64,000 nt of DNA from Gnetum montanum. Taxonomy: Eukaryota; Plantae; Gnetophyta. Below, in pieces: positions 39,059-53,312 of the stretch. The position numbers and the translations under genes are program-made. Where the stretch lies: assembly GCA_015680685.1 (NCBI GenBank), contig MNCI01001825.1, positions 1,222,642-1,286,641 of the forward strand, in the 5' to 3' direction. The notes below the pieces were generated by a model. It saw only the letters and a list, made by a program, of their open reading frames with translations. It was not told where the DNA came from and made no database searches. Positions within the stretch are counted from its first letter, which is position 1. Every line of letters begins with the position of its first letter.

Positions 39059-42000
39059 GTTCTGGCTCTATGTAGGGAACTTAAACCTTTTCTCCTTATG
39101 GTTGAACATGTAGGTGTGTTATCTTGGTTCGGCCTTTTGGAATCGAACATGCCTAGTTATGACATGCAGATCAGGCCACATGTAATATGGTTTCATCTAA
39201 ATGTTAGTGCATTTTTATCATTTATTTTATAGAATTTTAGCATTGTCATATGGTCGCATTTGAGTGAGCAGCTGACTCATGATATTGTTGAGACCATGTT
39301 GCCTGGCTCAACACAAGGCATGCTAGCCTTCATTGTTGACATAGACGAGGGACTATATATAGTTGATGGAGATGCTCCTGAAGGTCCTAGATCTACACAT
39401 CCTTTGACCCGTGTGTGGAGATTTCCATCTTGTAGCAATTACAACAGTAGTAACACTCTTTTTCTAGCTTTCTGTGTGCATACATTGTTCCAAAATCCGC
39501 TTGGAACAATGTACAAAGTGGATAGGTATGCTCTTTTATACGTATCTTAACTTTGGTTCCTTTAACATTACATCATTGTTTATGTATGAATACTTGTTCC
39601 TTCGCAGGCCCCATGTTGATGAGCATGGATTGCATGAGGATGATAGTGGACTTGCCTTAGCACGCACAGCCTTGGAGGCATTCATGATGGACCCTTCTCT
39701 TTGTGCTACGATGCTATATTAGACCAAGGATGCTATTGTCAATTATCCTAGGAAATTCTCCAGGGCCTTTGAACATTGTCAAGTTCATGGTTGGCTGCAT
39801 GAGGATTGGTCTCCTGATGGGCCCATTTTTCCTCAAATATTTGATCTTGCACCAAGTGTGCCTACTCCATTTGCTAATGGTAAATGGTTGTGTTCCAGGC
39901 TTGGTTTTCATTTTTGTTACATTATTGCTTATCATACTCTTAATTTTTTCTCAAGGTCTCCTTTGTCTTTTCTATAGCAACCGTTTCCCTTGATGAGGTT
40001 ACCATCGTATCCAGGCGCACTGAGGCCACTCTCTTTATGAAGTTTGGAGAGACAGAGGAGTCACAACGGTGGCCGCACAAGAAGGCACCTAAACAAATCA
40101 TTAGCCGTCTTACCAATGCGGGCTTGATGGACCTATTTAGTTCCTTGACTCCTANCAGCAACCGTTTCCCTTGATGAGATTACCATTGTATCTGGGTGCA
40201 CTGAGGCCACTCTCTTTATGAAGTTTGGAGAGACAGAGGAGTCACAACGGTGGCTACATAAGAAGGCACCTAAACAAATCATTAGTCATCTTACCAATGC
40301 GGGCTTGATGGACCTATTTAGTTCCTTTAATCCTAACGTTCCTGTGACTAAAATGGTTTCTATTCTTGACTCTTTTAATGATGATGTCTCCTATTTTACT
40401 ACACGAGTTCAAGGAGTTAAGGTGTCATTCCACCTAACTGCTAAATTCTTTTCTGATCTTTTCAGTGTACCAGTAGATGGTGCTAAGGTGGTGGTGGATA
40501 AAGCAACTAAAGAGGGCCGTGTGATCAAGGAACTTGAAGACTAGCTAGGTGTATGATGGGGTCCTAATGGTTTTGCCATGCAAGCTAATACTTGCTCGAT
40601 GGAGGTAAATTTTCTATACCTTCTCTTTAGGGCATGCGCGTTCCCTAAGTTTCTTTCTGAAGTAAGAAGTCTTGGGGTTGAGTTTGCACATGTTATGCAC
40701 TCAGTCTTAGAGACTGGTATGAGCTACAATTGGGCACAGTTCCTTGGATTAGGTCTCCATGAAGAGATCATCAGGCTACATTTCAATGTTGATGCTAAAT
40801 CCCACTTTACTTTTACCTTTTTCATGGGCTATCTTCGTAGGTTTGCTGAGTTCTTAGTGGTCTATGAAGATAACCATTATGTGTTAATGGATCGTTCAAA
40901 GTTGTCTCGCCCCTGGATCTGTCATCTATTTAACATGACTAGATCCCAAGATCCACCCGAAGGCATCGAAGAATCAGTCTCCATCACAACATGGGGTGCG
41001 GTCAGTCATTCCCACCATTCGCGTGATAGCTTGGAGTTGGAACCACCTAAATTGCATAAAAATATTAGGAGAGCTGAGCACTTGATTCAAGAGACCATCG
41101 GGAAGGCCAAGTCTAAGGTGAGAAGGGCCGAGTGTTCAAGGGAACCTGCTATGGAGGCAAGACCACTGAGAGTGAAGAGGATCCGATTCATCTTGCTAGG
41201 AGTAGGTAAGTATTTTTACTTTAAGTGTTTTTATCGCTTTTTGAATTTATTTGCTTGCTTAAGTATGTATACCTATTATGTCATGCTAACTTTAGATTTA
41301 TTGGTGCTAATAAAGGATACCCCTGAGAGGGAAAGGGAAGAGTTGGCTCCAATGGGTGAGCCTGAAATGGTTATCACTAGGCTAAATGAAGAGGAGGAAA
41401 TGAGAGAAGAAGTAGCTAAGGATATTCCCATCTTACGGAGAGAGGATGAAACAGATGCCATGGAAGTAACACTTGCTGAGGCTTTAGATGCCCTTAAGCA
41501 TTCAAGCAAGAAGAAAGGTGTTTTTGACAACTTCTTTGATGGGTCTCTACACCTTGGTGATCTGTCTGAGCTAACCAACAAAGGGCTCATTGGTATGTTT
41601 TGTTAGTATGATTCACATTTCATACTTCTTAGCTTTGTACATTGTTTTGATTATCATGACTCTTCCTAACATTAGACGAGGATGCTGAAGCACCTAAAGC
41701 ACATGCATCTTAGGTGGATGTGTCGGAGTTACAAGCCCCGGTTGAGATGCCTTCCCATGTAGATTTAACATCCAATGGTCAATTGAGGCTGTGGCCTGAG
41801 ATGCCTAATAAAGCATACTTTGTTATGAGCATCGTCAACAATGTTGTTGCTCATCTGCAACAGGCTCATCCTAAATTAGATGTGTACTTTATACCAAATA
41901 CTTGAGCTCATTGTGCTTTTGCACCTATTAGCAATCTCTTATTAGCTCATATGTATGATGTTTGTACTTGTAGGTGCAAAGCTACAACGGAGTCCTTCCG

Positions 42001-42964
42001 AGGCCATCCATATTGATGGTCTCCCTAAATTTCCCAATGATATTGAGCAGATCCCAAGAGGGATTTATGATGCAGTTTTGGGTTATGTTGTTCTGAATGC
42101 CAAGTCTCTCTAGACCCATAGACGCTCAATTGAACACTTATGGCATGAAGGTCAATCATTGAAGGAAAATTTGGCAAAGGTAACAGAGGAGAGGAATGAC
42201 TTGCAAGCCTATTATGATTTTGCCTTTGCTAGATTGGCCAGTGATAGTGCCTAGCATACGTCAGAGATCACCTATGCACATTATTGGATAATCTTAAATA
42301 GCAAGGTGCAGAAAACTCAAGATTTGGCCAAACAGAGGGCCCAGATGGATTTATTGAATAGGAAATGCCATGAATAGAATTCCTTTGCATCCAAAGTACA
42401 TAAATGGGGCCAGGATTAGAAATATCATAAGCATTAATACAAGAAATGGTTGAAAGAGGAATCAATTGAACGTCATCGGTTGGAGATGTTTGTCGAAGGG
42501 TTAGGATTGCACTCTTCTTATGACAAGTTTGTTGAGTGTACGAAAGTCGAGGGGTATCCTGAGAGATCCATTACCACTACCTTTGGGGAAGCTTCAACAA
42601 GTATGTTTTCTCTTGAGTACCCTTCCTGGACTTCAGTGGACAAGGGTAAAACCTTAGCCAATATTGACCTCAGACTTGAGAAAGACTAGGCATGCATGCC
42701 CAAAGAAGAGATTCTATGATGCCTGGAAGCTAATCTCAAGCCTTCCTCACCTATGAGTGTTTTAGTCCTATATTGTTTTATTGCTTTTAGTCATCATTTT
42801 TTTGTTTTATTTTAGTGTTTTTCCCTTTCAATCTATTTGTTTATGTTTACTTATTTTGTTGTTTTTTTTCATAGGGATATGGTGATGAGGCTGGCCACAA
42901 TGGGATTGGAGTTGATGACGTAGAGGAGTTTGGGGACTAGCCCCCTTCTAATACTAATGCATAA
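39059..42964 (+). pseudogene. Element B antisense multi-exon accessory gene, homolog of element A 5123-8741
   Basis: Exons: 39059-39181, 39254-39525, 39608-39879, 39978/40159-41205, 41296-41592, 41676-41879, 41974-42752, 42875-42964. Exon lengths keep frame with phases 0,2,1,1,1,1,0. Three splice sites are degenerate (acceptor near 39253, donors at 41880 and 42753). Confidence 0.86.
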
Positions 42965-43639
42965 TTTGGCTTGTTAGTCTTATCAATCTTTTCAATTTTT
43001 CTTTTTTTTTGTCATAGGGATATGGTGGTGAGGTTGGTCCTAATGGGACGGGAGCTGATGATGTAGAGGAGTTTGGGGACCCGCCCCCTCCTAATACTAA
43101 TGCATAATTTGGCTTGTTAGTCTTATCAGTCTTTTCAGTTTTTTTTTTAGTTTTCTGGCTAGTTTTTTTGTTTTTGGAATGTGTGAGGACAGATGTAACA
43201 TGATCATGGTGTAATATGTCATCATCTTATTACAATGTTAACACTCTGTATTATATATATTTATATATTTTGTTTTACTTTTTTAAGTTTATTTGTAAAC
43301 GTAAATGTAAACTGGAATCGTGACTAGTAAACATAAGATAAACGGAAATTACAATTTGCAAAATGTAAACGATAATGATGTAGCAAGATTTTGGTAAACT
43401 GGTAATGTGTTGTGCTCTAGTTTAAGGCCATTTTGGGCCATGTGTATTAGTTTAAAGTCATGATGGACTATTGCATCTCTATCAAAGAAAGGAAGGAGAT
43501 TGTAGTTGTTTCAATGAATTTAAAAGAACCGGCCATTTCTGGCCGTGGCTAGTTTAATGTCATTGCGGATGTTTGGTAGTTTAACATCATTCTAGACACA
43601 TGATGGTTCATCTTAGTTTTTGATCTATTTCTTTAATTT

Positions 43640-46600
43640 TCATAATTTTCTATGAAGGGTGGGATGTGTAGGCATGATCTTGTACTTGCCATCCCCCTCG
43701 TTGTATATGTCAAAGGTTAGTTTTGACCAAGAGACATCTGCGGGAATGGCTCCTATGTCTGCATCTTCTGATGCTTCTTCTATTTTAGGAAGGTCATGGG
43801 TTGGAGATTGACCAATGTCTAGGTTTTCTCTAGTGGTGTCTTGTCTAGGTTCAAAGAGTTCAACCTCTGACCCTTGGTTTGTTCCTACATGTGAGGAAGT
43901 AAGTGATGTTGCCGCATCCCCTTGTATGATGATTTCACCATCCTCATAAGGTAGGTGAATCTCTTGATGGATCGATGAGGATACGGCTTTTAGTTGAGCT
44001 AACCAAGGCCATCCCAAAATCAAATTGAACCCTGACATCTCATCCACAACTACGAATTCGGCCGATGTGTGAAACTGGTCCTCGGCTATGAAATCCAAGG
44101 TAACTATGCCTTTTACAATAACACAGGAACCACTAAAAGATTTCAAGAATGATGTTGTCATTGGCTGTATTTGATCTACGAGGCCCAGTTGTTCAATGAC
44201 AGGGAAAGGTATTACATTTGTTGTCACTCCGTCATCAACATGCACCCTATGTATCTTAAATTGGTTAATTTGTATTGTTATAAACATAGGGGCGATAGTG
44301 ACCTCTCCCATTTTTTCATCTCGTTTAATGTCATTGGCATGAAATCCTAGAGATGTGGACCTCGATTCCTGATGTGGAGACAATACGGCATAAATAGATG
44401 ATTCATTTGTAGGAAGGTCTTCACTAACAGGGATTGAAGTCAACATACGCACTAGAGCTTCCCGATGTACCAAGGAGGTCATTACCAGGTCATATAGGCT
44501 TAAAGAGGTGTTCTTTTGTTTTAAGGCCTGTGTAACCTGGGTCAAGGAATTGGCCAAGTCTTTTCTATTTGGAATGTTTTTATCTATTAAGACTTGATCC
44601 ATTTGACCCAACATTTGTATCTCTTGCAGAAGAGTTTTTGTATTATTAACTACAGCTGTTAGGTTTGGGACACTAGACACTCTCGAGTTCTTGTCTTGAT
44701 GACTCGTGCTAGGCTGATCAATAACTAGAATCATAGGGATAGCATTCAGTGGTGTGGGTTTTGGTGGTCCCAACTCATGACCATAACGTTCTTTTCCCAG
44801 ACGTTCCCTAGTCAGTCTATCAGCAAGGTGTTCTTGCAAGGGTCGCGGGGGAACTGTTGGGGGTTGCATGTTGAGATGTTTCGACATCCGGATTACAAAT
44901 GGAGTGGGTTGAGTTTGTGATGGGAGGTTTGCTATTGCAACCGCAGGGTGTACTCGGATGACGAATGGTTTTCGCGGTGTAGGAGGTGTATGTGTGGAAA
45001 AAGGAGCTTATGGAGGTGTTAGCATAGACATGGTTTCGGTGGGCACATGAATCACAAAAGGCTTTCATGGGATGTCTTGTTCATTGTCGACATGGATGGT
45101 GTTAATCACATAGTGCGACTCTTTGGTGTTAAGAGAATCTTTGTAGACCCCCATAGGCTAATTTTGAGGTCTTACTGGGTTGGCTTCATCAAATACTATC
45201 TCACCTCTATCAATCATACGTTGTATGTCTTGTTTTAGGGTGAAGCAGTAATCGATTCCATGTCCACATCATTGGTAATACTCATAGAATCTGTCTAACC
45301 TAAAACCTCTTGGAACAGGGGGTTCATTAACTATTGCCAATGTTGGGTTTTTAATCAACTCATAGTATCGGTCATGTTTTTGAGATGCTGCAGGAGACAT
45401 TTGTTTATGTTAAATCAACCTAGCCTTTAGAAGCTAGTTCAGTAGTTGTGAAGGCTTCATGGATAAGGGTGTGTACTGGGTAGGGTCTTTTCGTTTGAAG
45501 GTACAAGTATGACTCATGTTAGTAGTTTTGGTAGAGGAGGGTTCAGGTGTAGGTGTAGGAGTGGTTTTTTAGTGACTAGTGGGGGCGGCGAGTTGTTTCC
45601 CTTTCTACCTTGCATTGTTGGATCAAAATGTCTCTACCACTGCTACGACTGTTGTTTTAGACTTGTCTTTATCTTTCTTTGTATGTTGGCTTTTGAAAGT
45701 TAGGTAAGCTAGGTCATGACTTGTCTATGCTACTTCTTCTATGTTTTTGATTTGGACAAATTCTTGAATCAAAGTACGAGCATTTAGATAATAGAGTTTT
45801 GATTTAACAAAATCATTCACGGCACCTTTGAGGATTGTAAGTAAATACGTTTCTAGGATAGGCTCATGAAGTTCGTTAAGGGCAGCGCACCATCTTTGGA
45901 TGAAATTTTGTACGGGCTCTAATGGTGCTTGTTTTATTTGGATTTGACTATCTAGTGTGGCTTCAGGCTTCAATTTATTCTTAAAACAGGTAAAAAATTG
46001 ATGTAACAAATCCTCTAGAGAGGATCTGGAGTTACGCGGTAGGGCTCAGTACCAGTCTAAGGCTTTTCCCGTTAAGGACATGGTGAACACACACAAGATT
46101 GCATGAGGCCAGGCTTGAAGTAATAGACACTCTAATCGAAATGTCACTAGGTGAGAATTTGGATCTCCCTCTCCATTATATTTGGTTAGTTGCGACAATA
46201 AAATTTCTTTTGGTAAAGTCAATGATGGCACTGAAGAGCTAATCAGATCATCTTGGTAGAAGTACAACACCTTGACTTCATCGGTTAACACTTGCAACAT
46301 CTTTCTAGCAACTGCCCATTCTTGAGCACTAAGTGGACTGGTTGGTTGGTTAGATTACACGTGGTGATAGTTAGATTGTTGCATGATTTGTGGGAAAAAT
46401 GACTACTGGGTTGTTGATGGTTGTATTTAAGCGACATTAATAGATGGGACTGTAATGGGTGGTATGCTGTAGTGAGTAGGTTGATGTTGTTGTATGATAG
46501 GTATGGGCCACTACCCGGTTATAAGTTGTGAGGAAACACCCTGAACCTATTGAGTTGAAGTTGTGAAAGGTGTTTCTTGGATTTGCACTCGTGGTATGTA

Positions 46601-47368
46601 ATGGGTGGATGTAGAAGTGGGTATCACAGATGGCATCCCAATTATTTCAAGTCAGAAGGTCACTCCTATATTAGCTTGAGAGGAGAGTTGTTGGGATTGT
46701 ACTTAATAGAGAGAGAGTAATGTGGTGATCGGAGGAATAACAGAGATGGACGTATTGAATTGGGCATTGGTCATAGAGAACGCAGGAATGGAGATGGATG
46801 CTTCTTGTTGAGAAATAACTGCTTGAGTGCTTATAAATGCATGAGGGGGCATAGTCTCTCCCACGAAAGGGTGGAACAATGGGTTTGCATAGGCATGAGG
46901 ACTAAGAGTGTAGTACGAATCCCCATGTTCAGACTGAGTCGCAAAATCATCTTCCTCATCTTTATTTTGAGGCTCTACTGTGGGTTGCTGCAAGGTTTGA
47001 TTCCTTACCATGAGGAGCTGGGATATGAGTTCATGATGGGATTCAGAGAGGGGGATGACATCATATGGTGAAGGAGTAAAGTTATGGCCCCCCTTATGGA
47101 TGAGTTCATAATGGAATTTTACTTCCATTCTCATGCGATCAATGGGCAGGTTAGCTTGGATTTTTACATAGATGAAGTTGTACTATTTTAGGGTAAGAAT
47201 TGTATAAGTGGGATCCTTGCCTTGTATCCTAAGTGACCAGCGATTTGGCCCTTAAGGATTCATTTCTCCAATAGTGACTATGGGTTTAGTTGCAGTCACA
47301 AGATTCAAGATTTCAGCACTAAAGTCAAAAACTGATAGTCCTACTACGTTGATTTGGGAAGATTCCAT
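43640..47368 (-). pseudogene. gag: Element B gag-protease (disrupted)
   Basis: N-terminal RWSLRIQGKDP shared with element A. Gag KYNGEGDPNSHLVTF (ORF 46046-46300) and protease RVHVDDGVTTNVI...NLILGWPWL in ORF 43640-44887. Confidence 0.92.
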
Positions 47369-47844
47369 GTGTGTAACTGGCTTGACTAGATGAATGTGTG
47401 TAAGTAGCATATCCAAGCTAAGGTTGAGCAAGCCATGTGTGAACGTTAGCGTGAGCGCAACCTAGACGTGCGTATGCTAGCTTGTGCACACTGTGTGCAA
47501 GCATAGCGTATATGTAGCATAAGTACAATGTGGCATAGCATGAGTGTGTGGTGTGCATGCACAGCATGTGTACGCCAAACGTGTGTAGTAGTTTATGTAC
47601 GCTGTGTTGGATTTTGCAGCATGTGTACTCTATGCTGGGTTTTGCAGTGTGTGTACGCTGCACTTAATATTTTCAATAGCAGTTGCAAAAATTACGGTAT
47701 TGGCAGCAGTGTAAGAGTGTTACGAGGATTTAATTCAATTATAAATAGATTGGTATGGTTTAAGAAAATTTTGTTCTGCATCTGATCCGCACCCACGCGA
47801 AGGGCAAAAAAATCAACATTTTATCATGATGGAAAACAAGATTG

Positions 47845-47861
47845 CCCTCCTTCTAGCACTA
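47845..47861 (-). promoter_or_regulatory. Element B primer-binding site, tRNA-Asn type
   Basis: Minus strand TAGTGCTAGAAGGAGGG, 5 nt from the LTR end. Confidence 0.8.
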
Positions 47862-47866
47862 ATTTC

Positions 47867-49960
47867 TATACCATTCGAAATCATCAGCGTAAGGCTAGAG
47901 GAAAATGAACGCCAAAAGATCTCCAAAGAGATACAGCTGACCTTGCCTTCGAGTGAGGGAAAGTTGGAAAAAAAATGAAGATAGGATGCCTTAGATGGTC
48001 TGCACGTAAATCAACCAAGGACTCTCCCAAGCATACGCTATGGCTGGCACTGGGGTTATCGCCACGAAATGTAAAATAGAGAGCATAATGCAACGGAACG
48101 TGAACATGAAATATAACGTGTAAACATAAACAAAATGTATGCAAAAACATACAATGAAATGGGATAATGCAAACAATGAACTAAAATAGCACAATAGAAG
48201 GTAAAATGAACTATGTTGTATTAATTAACAAGATGTGCACTGGTCAAAATGTAGTTGCATTGCAAGTCGAACTTTAAGCTCCGATGTGAGGTGTTTGTGA
48301 TGTGTTTGCAGGTGCTGGGGATCACATGCATCCGAGCTCAAGATTGCTGGTTTTCTTTCTCCAAATTGCCAACCCCATTTATGTCAATGAACAGGGTATT
48401 TATACATTTTTCTAGGCTCAAGAGTAGGATTCATCAATGAGGTCAATGGCTATGAGATAAGAGAAAAATGGATCGTGTGACAAGTGTTCGATGCATAGCT
48501 GTGTGTGAACTGGACGTATGTAGGTAGACTATGCTCTAGACTGGTTCCACTGTATCTTACAATCTATTTTAGCTTTTGCAATTTGTAGCGTAAGAGCTTG
48601 AACAACTCAAAAATATGAAAAATTTACAATGACTGATAATGTACAACAAGAGCATTTGCATCTGGCTCACTTGGAATTTCTAAATCTATGAACCGACTAC
48701 TATTGAAAGTGTTTTTACTTCATCAAGGCTACCAACATGATTTGATCTTGTCCTGGCATGCTCTCAACATGTGTCTAAAGTGCTTTTTCTTGGTCGTGAC
48801 TAGTACTTAGGCTGGACTCATGTTGCCAGTGTGACCTCAGCGTCACTTAACCATGACTGACCAAAAATGATGCATTTTGCATCAAAATTCCACCTTTAAG
48901 ACTTGTTTTTGAAGTGTAACTGCTACTTGACCTTGAGGAAATCCTACATGTTTAATTTGAACCTATTTGTGCTTGGATTTAGGCCACTTTTGGTAGCTCA
49001 CACTGGGCTCATGCTGTTAGCGTGATCTCAGCATGACCTCAACATGACCTCAACGTGACTTGGGCGTGAGCAAGATGGGATGGTACATTTCACACCAAAT
49101 CTTGGTCTTTGAGACCTGTCTTTCAAGTGTAACTACTGCCTGACCTTGGGGACATCCTTCATGTTTAATTTGAACCTGTCTGTGCTTGGATTTAGGCCAC
49201 TCTTGGTAGCTCATGCTGGGCTCACGCTGTCAGCGTGACCTCAGCATGACCTGGGCGTGAGTGCTAAAAATGGTGTATTTTTGGACTTGAAATTAGAATT
49301 ATGAGGGTTGGGACCTAAATAAATCATTAGTGGACCTCAAGGGGGCCTTGTACCTTCGTAGTCAGGCCATTCTAACACTATTTTGAGGCTATTTTGAATC
49401 ACTCATGTTGGACTCATGCTGCTAACGTGACTTGGGCATGAGCGATGAAAATGAACATTTTTGGAGCTAAAATCTAAAGTTCTAAAGGCTGGGAATTACA
49501 ATGATCATTAGTGAACTTCAAAGGTGTCTTGGATTGCTCAAATTCAGATCATTTTAGCTTGATTTTAAGGCTTTGGAAGTTACTCACCCTGTACTCATGA
49601 TAGACTCATGCTGGCAGCGTGACCTGGGTGTGACCTCAACGTGAGTGGCAAGATTTGCACAAGTTTGACTTGAAACCTTGGGTTTTGGATGCAAAAACTT
49701 GGGGTAATCATCAGTGGGCCCTGAGGGGGCCTTGTCGGTTCAAAATAGGACTATTTTGACCTGATTTGAGGGCTTTGAAGGTTGCACATGCTACATGCAC
49801 ACTATACGCATGCTGCACATATGCTGGTAGCGTGACTTAAGCATGGCTTTAGTGTGCATGACAAGATTCATGTAAATTAGTCTGATTTTTGAACTTCTGG
49901 ATGTTGAAGCACCGGTTTGTTCTTATTCAAAGTGTTAAGGTAAAATTTTGTGGTGTTTCA
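47867..49960 (-). repeat. Element B 5' LTR (2094 bp)
   Basis: Colinear with 30614-32674 and flanked by the TSD GATAA. Confidence 0.95.
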
Positions 49961-50999
49961 GATAAAACTATACTTCATGTTGATCCCTTATGAAGATGAA
50001 GTCCATCTATCTAGTAGTGGTGTTAGGGGGTGCAATAAGATTTGAAGACTCAAGAGTTACCATAAAAAATTCAAGGGCATCAAGGTATATCCATACGGTG
50101 GGACCATTTAACAAGGGTGTTAAAGTCAAGGGAGCAAGTTCATAGGGGGTGCTTTCTAAGGTAACCATGAATAGATGGGTTGCCATAATGGGCTTTGGGG
50201 AATGGATAGATGTTATGGAAGAAAGGAGAAAAAAGAGGTTTTGTCTCTATTATTAATGTTCAAGAAGGAATGTCACCTAGCATGGTTGATTGTTGATGTT
50301 GTTGTTTTGTGGCTACTTACATGTATTGGCTATGGGTTTTGGGTTACCTCCCTATGGGGATAGTTGGCAAGCTTCCAAGAGCCATTGATGGGAACTCTTA
50401 AGGATGAAGTAAGCATAGATTGGTCATGGAGAAGTCATGAGTTGCACTGTTGCATTGGACATGTGTTGAGGAACTTACAAATGAGTTTTTAATTTTGTAG
50501 GAGCATGCATTTCCAAAACCTCTAGCAGCCAATTCACGTGAGAGACGAGTAGAGAAATGAAGTTCTTAGTGTCAGTTGTCCTTAGAAAATGTGCTCTTTG
50601 TAATTCCTTGATGGTGCACAAGGGCATCAACTAGTCCCTTATGTTCTTAAATTTAGCAATCAGTAGTGTGCACATGCTTAATAGCTTTGAATATTACATC
50701 CTCAAGGAAAATGGATAGATTCATTGCTAGTCCACCTTGTAGAACCAAGAGGATTTAGAGGTACCACTAGTTAGCTAATCGATCCTTTAACAAAGGTCAT
50801 TTGCATATTGCTTTTAATGTCATTCTCCAAGATTTTTCCATTTTCAATCACTAGTACATGTCTTTCCTAAATATTTGTGAGGGGCCATTTCTAAAGAAAT
50901 CTTCATTGATCTTTCTATGCATAGGGATTTTTTAGGAAAGTATTTCCTTTCATCATGAAGCTAAAGATTGCTAAAATGTTGCATGCTTACATAGAAGAC

Positions 51000-52525
51000 C
51001 TCTTATCCCCAACCATGAAGGAGTTGTCACTTCAAGTCTTCATAGTTGTAGCCTTGAATCCAAAAAAGAAAATGGAGGACATGCCAAAGAAGTGAGCCCA
51101 TCCTTTATGATGAAAATTTTTTCACACTAAGAATGCTTGTAGAGCATCAAAGCCTATGGGTCCATGCACAATGGCTATGCATCCCATTCTAGAAAGGTTG
51201 TAAGGATTGGAAATTTCACTTGAGTCAAAAGCCAGATTTATTTTTATTTTTTTAAGAAGCATGAGGAAAAAATTCTTGTCATTTGGAATGATTATAACAT
51301 TTCTCTATCACCAAATCTACCACCACATAGTGTTGCACCACACTACCATGTGGCATCCTCCAACTAGAGGGTTTGCTTAAAGGTAATAACACAAGTTGAG
51401 GAAAATTTGTAGGTGTCTTGTCATTTGCACTTGCACTTGTGTTGTGATGGAGTAGCCATCTAAATGGTGAATGATGATTTTAATGTCATGATGGTAGAGA
51501 TAGTAGTATCTTGGCCCTTGGAAGGCATATTATTGAAGATTATTCCAAGTGAGAAAAACCCCTTGATAGACCAACCATAGAAACATTTTTATCTTAGGTT
51601 TGACACAAACATACTAGACCTTGGAAACACTCTTATTTTTGACATTATACATCATATCCTACCAAGCTTATCTATTGAATCTACCATGATTATTAAATTG
51701 AATCACCACAACATGATTGGGTATCACCTAGTGGGGGTAATGTAATTTCCCATTGAGTAAGCATTGAGTTGATATGGTTTTTGATATGATCATTGCCAAC
51801 ATAATTTATCATCATATCCTAGTGCTAGTACAACTTTTCTAAGTTGTTGAAATTAGGAATTCAATGTTGAGTAATCCATGAAGAAGCTTATGACCATAGT
51901 ATTTGTGTGTTGGAGGGCATGATGGGAGTTGATTTGGCATTCACAAAAAGCATGCTTAGTGGTAGTGGGGCCCATGTGATGCTGGGTGAAGTTATGGACT
52001 AGGTAGAGACTAGTTATTTGTAGACTTAGGACAAGGTATAGAACTCAAGCCTAGTAGTATGCATAATGGATGTCAAAGATATGGTGCCACATGGGGGGAT
52101 CAGTTGGATTTCATGCAAGAAAAATGAAAATCTAGCTAAGTCATTTGAAAATGAAAAAGGAAAATGGAATGATGCCAATTTTGCTAAAGCATTTTTGCCT
52201 TCTGGTATTTATCTAGTTGATTAGATGGATTATTTTTTTATTGTTTTTTCCATGCCAATTGAACCTACAGATAATAATATCATCTTTTTGCACAAAATAT
52301 TTGGATGGGGACATGGTCATTGTAGCAAAAATTGAGATCACCTTTAGAATTTTCTTGGTAAGAATGACCTTTCCTATTAAGGACATAAATAAATCCTTCT
52401 TGTCTACCAATAATTTTTAAATTTTACCCAACACTACATCCTAGATTTTGATGTGGGACTTAGAAACAAAGAGAGGAAAATCAAGATTGTAACTAGGTAT
52501 GGATTTGATGATATTCCTAAGTATG
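51000..52525 (-). mobile_element. L1-type LINE, region C-terminal to RT (decayed), left part
   Basis: LDFPLF...MSLIGKVILTKKILKVISIFATMTM...ICRFNWHG...IHLIN matches the plant L1 ORF2 pattern YLG.PL...LS..GR..LIK.VL..IP.Y.M...R.F.W.G...HLV.W. The left boundary is uncertain. Confidence 0.7.
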
Positions 52526-53312
52526 TGATGAGTTACGTTTTGGGAAACCATGATATCACAGCCCATCACCAGTTCTATAAATAAGAGGTGGCTCTCCCTT
52601 GTTTCAGATCTAGTTTTTAGTCCCTTAGCCAAACTCTAGTAGTTTTATCCCTCCAAAGATAGAATTATTTTCCAGTGTATGCCCACAGTGTGGTGATTGT
52701 AATTGTAAGGCATCCTTATTCGAGTGTGACATACTTGGACACACACATGACTAGAAATAAAGATTGAGATTACTTCATCATTGCAACATTCACTTAGTTT
52801 AATTATTTATTTATTTAATTGTTATTTACTATTTTCCTAGCTAATCTCTCTCACCCTTATCTCATGTTAAGATGTAGAATGAGTACTACTTGATTACGAG
52901 CATTGAAGTGTGACTACTTGGTAACCCAGTAGCGTACCTAGGATCTATGCTTGGTAATCCCAGTGGTATTCATGCACGAAGTCCAAGATATGTACGAATA
53001 ATCAAGGAATAGATGCTCATTCCACTTAGGCTAGATTAGATTCTCTTACCCTTTCTCTCCTAGCTTAGCTTAGTTAATATTATCTTCCATTGCCTCAGGA
53101 GTAGCATTAGATTAGAAACCCATCATACACCTCACTCTGGACTAAACCATACATGACAAAGCTAATACTAGTTCAGGTGGGAAGATAGCAAAATACGACC
53201 TAAGGCTAACTATCTAGATGCCACAACTATTTTGTTTGTGGAGTTCAACTGGATTGCACGTGTAACGCTCGTATTTGTATGGTTGAGTGTAGGGGTACCT
53301 CGCCACTCATCA
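52526..53312 (+). repeat. Athila-like 5' LTR (787 bp)
   Basis: Matches 60023-60821. TATAAATA at ~52576. Confidence 0.95.

Larger units (their letters stand above)
30614..49960 (-). mobile_element. Element B: full-length (19.3 kb) Tat-clade Ty3/gypsy LTR retrotransposon related to element A
   Basis: Two ~2.1-kb LTRs, 5-bp TSD GATAA (30609-30613 and 49961-49965), tRNA-Asn-type PBS, PPT, and gag-PR and RT-RH-aRH-INT remnants homologous to element A. Confidence 0.97.

Noticed and set aside
39976-40337. 181-bp duplication of the start of the core antisense exon in element B
   Set aside because: The copies are joined at a single N (40155), so this is probably a contig-overlap artefact. The copies differ, so element B may be a chimera of paralogs or haplotypes at this point.
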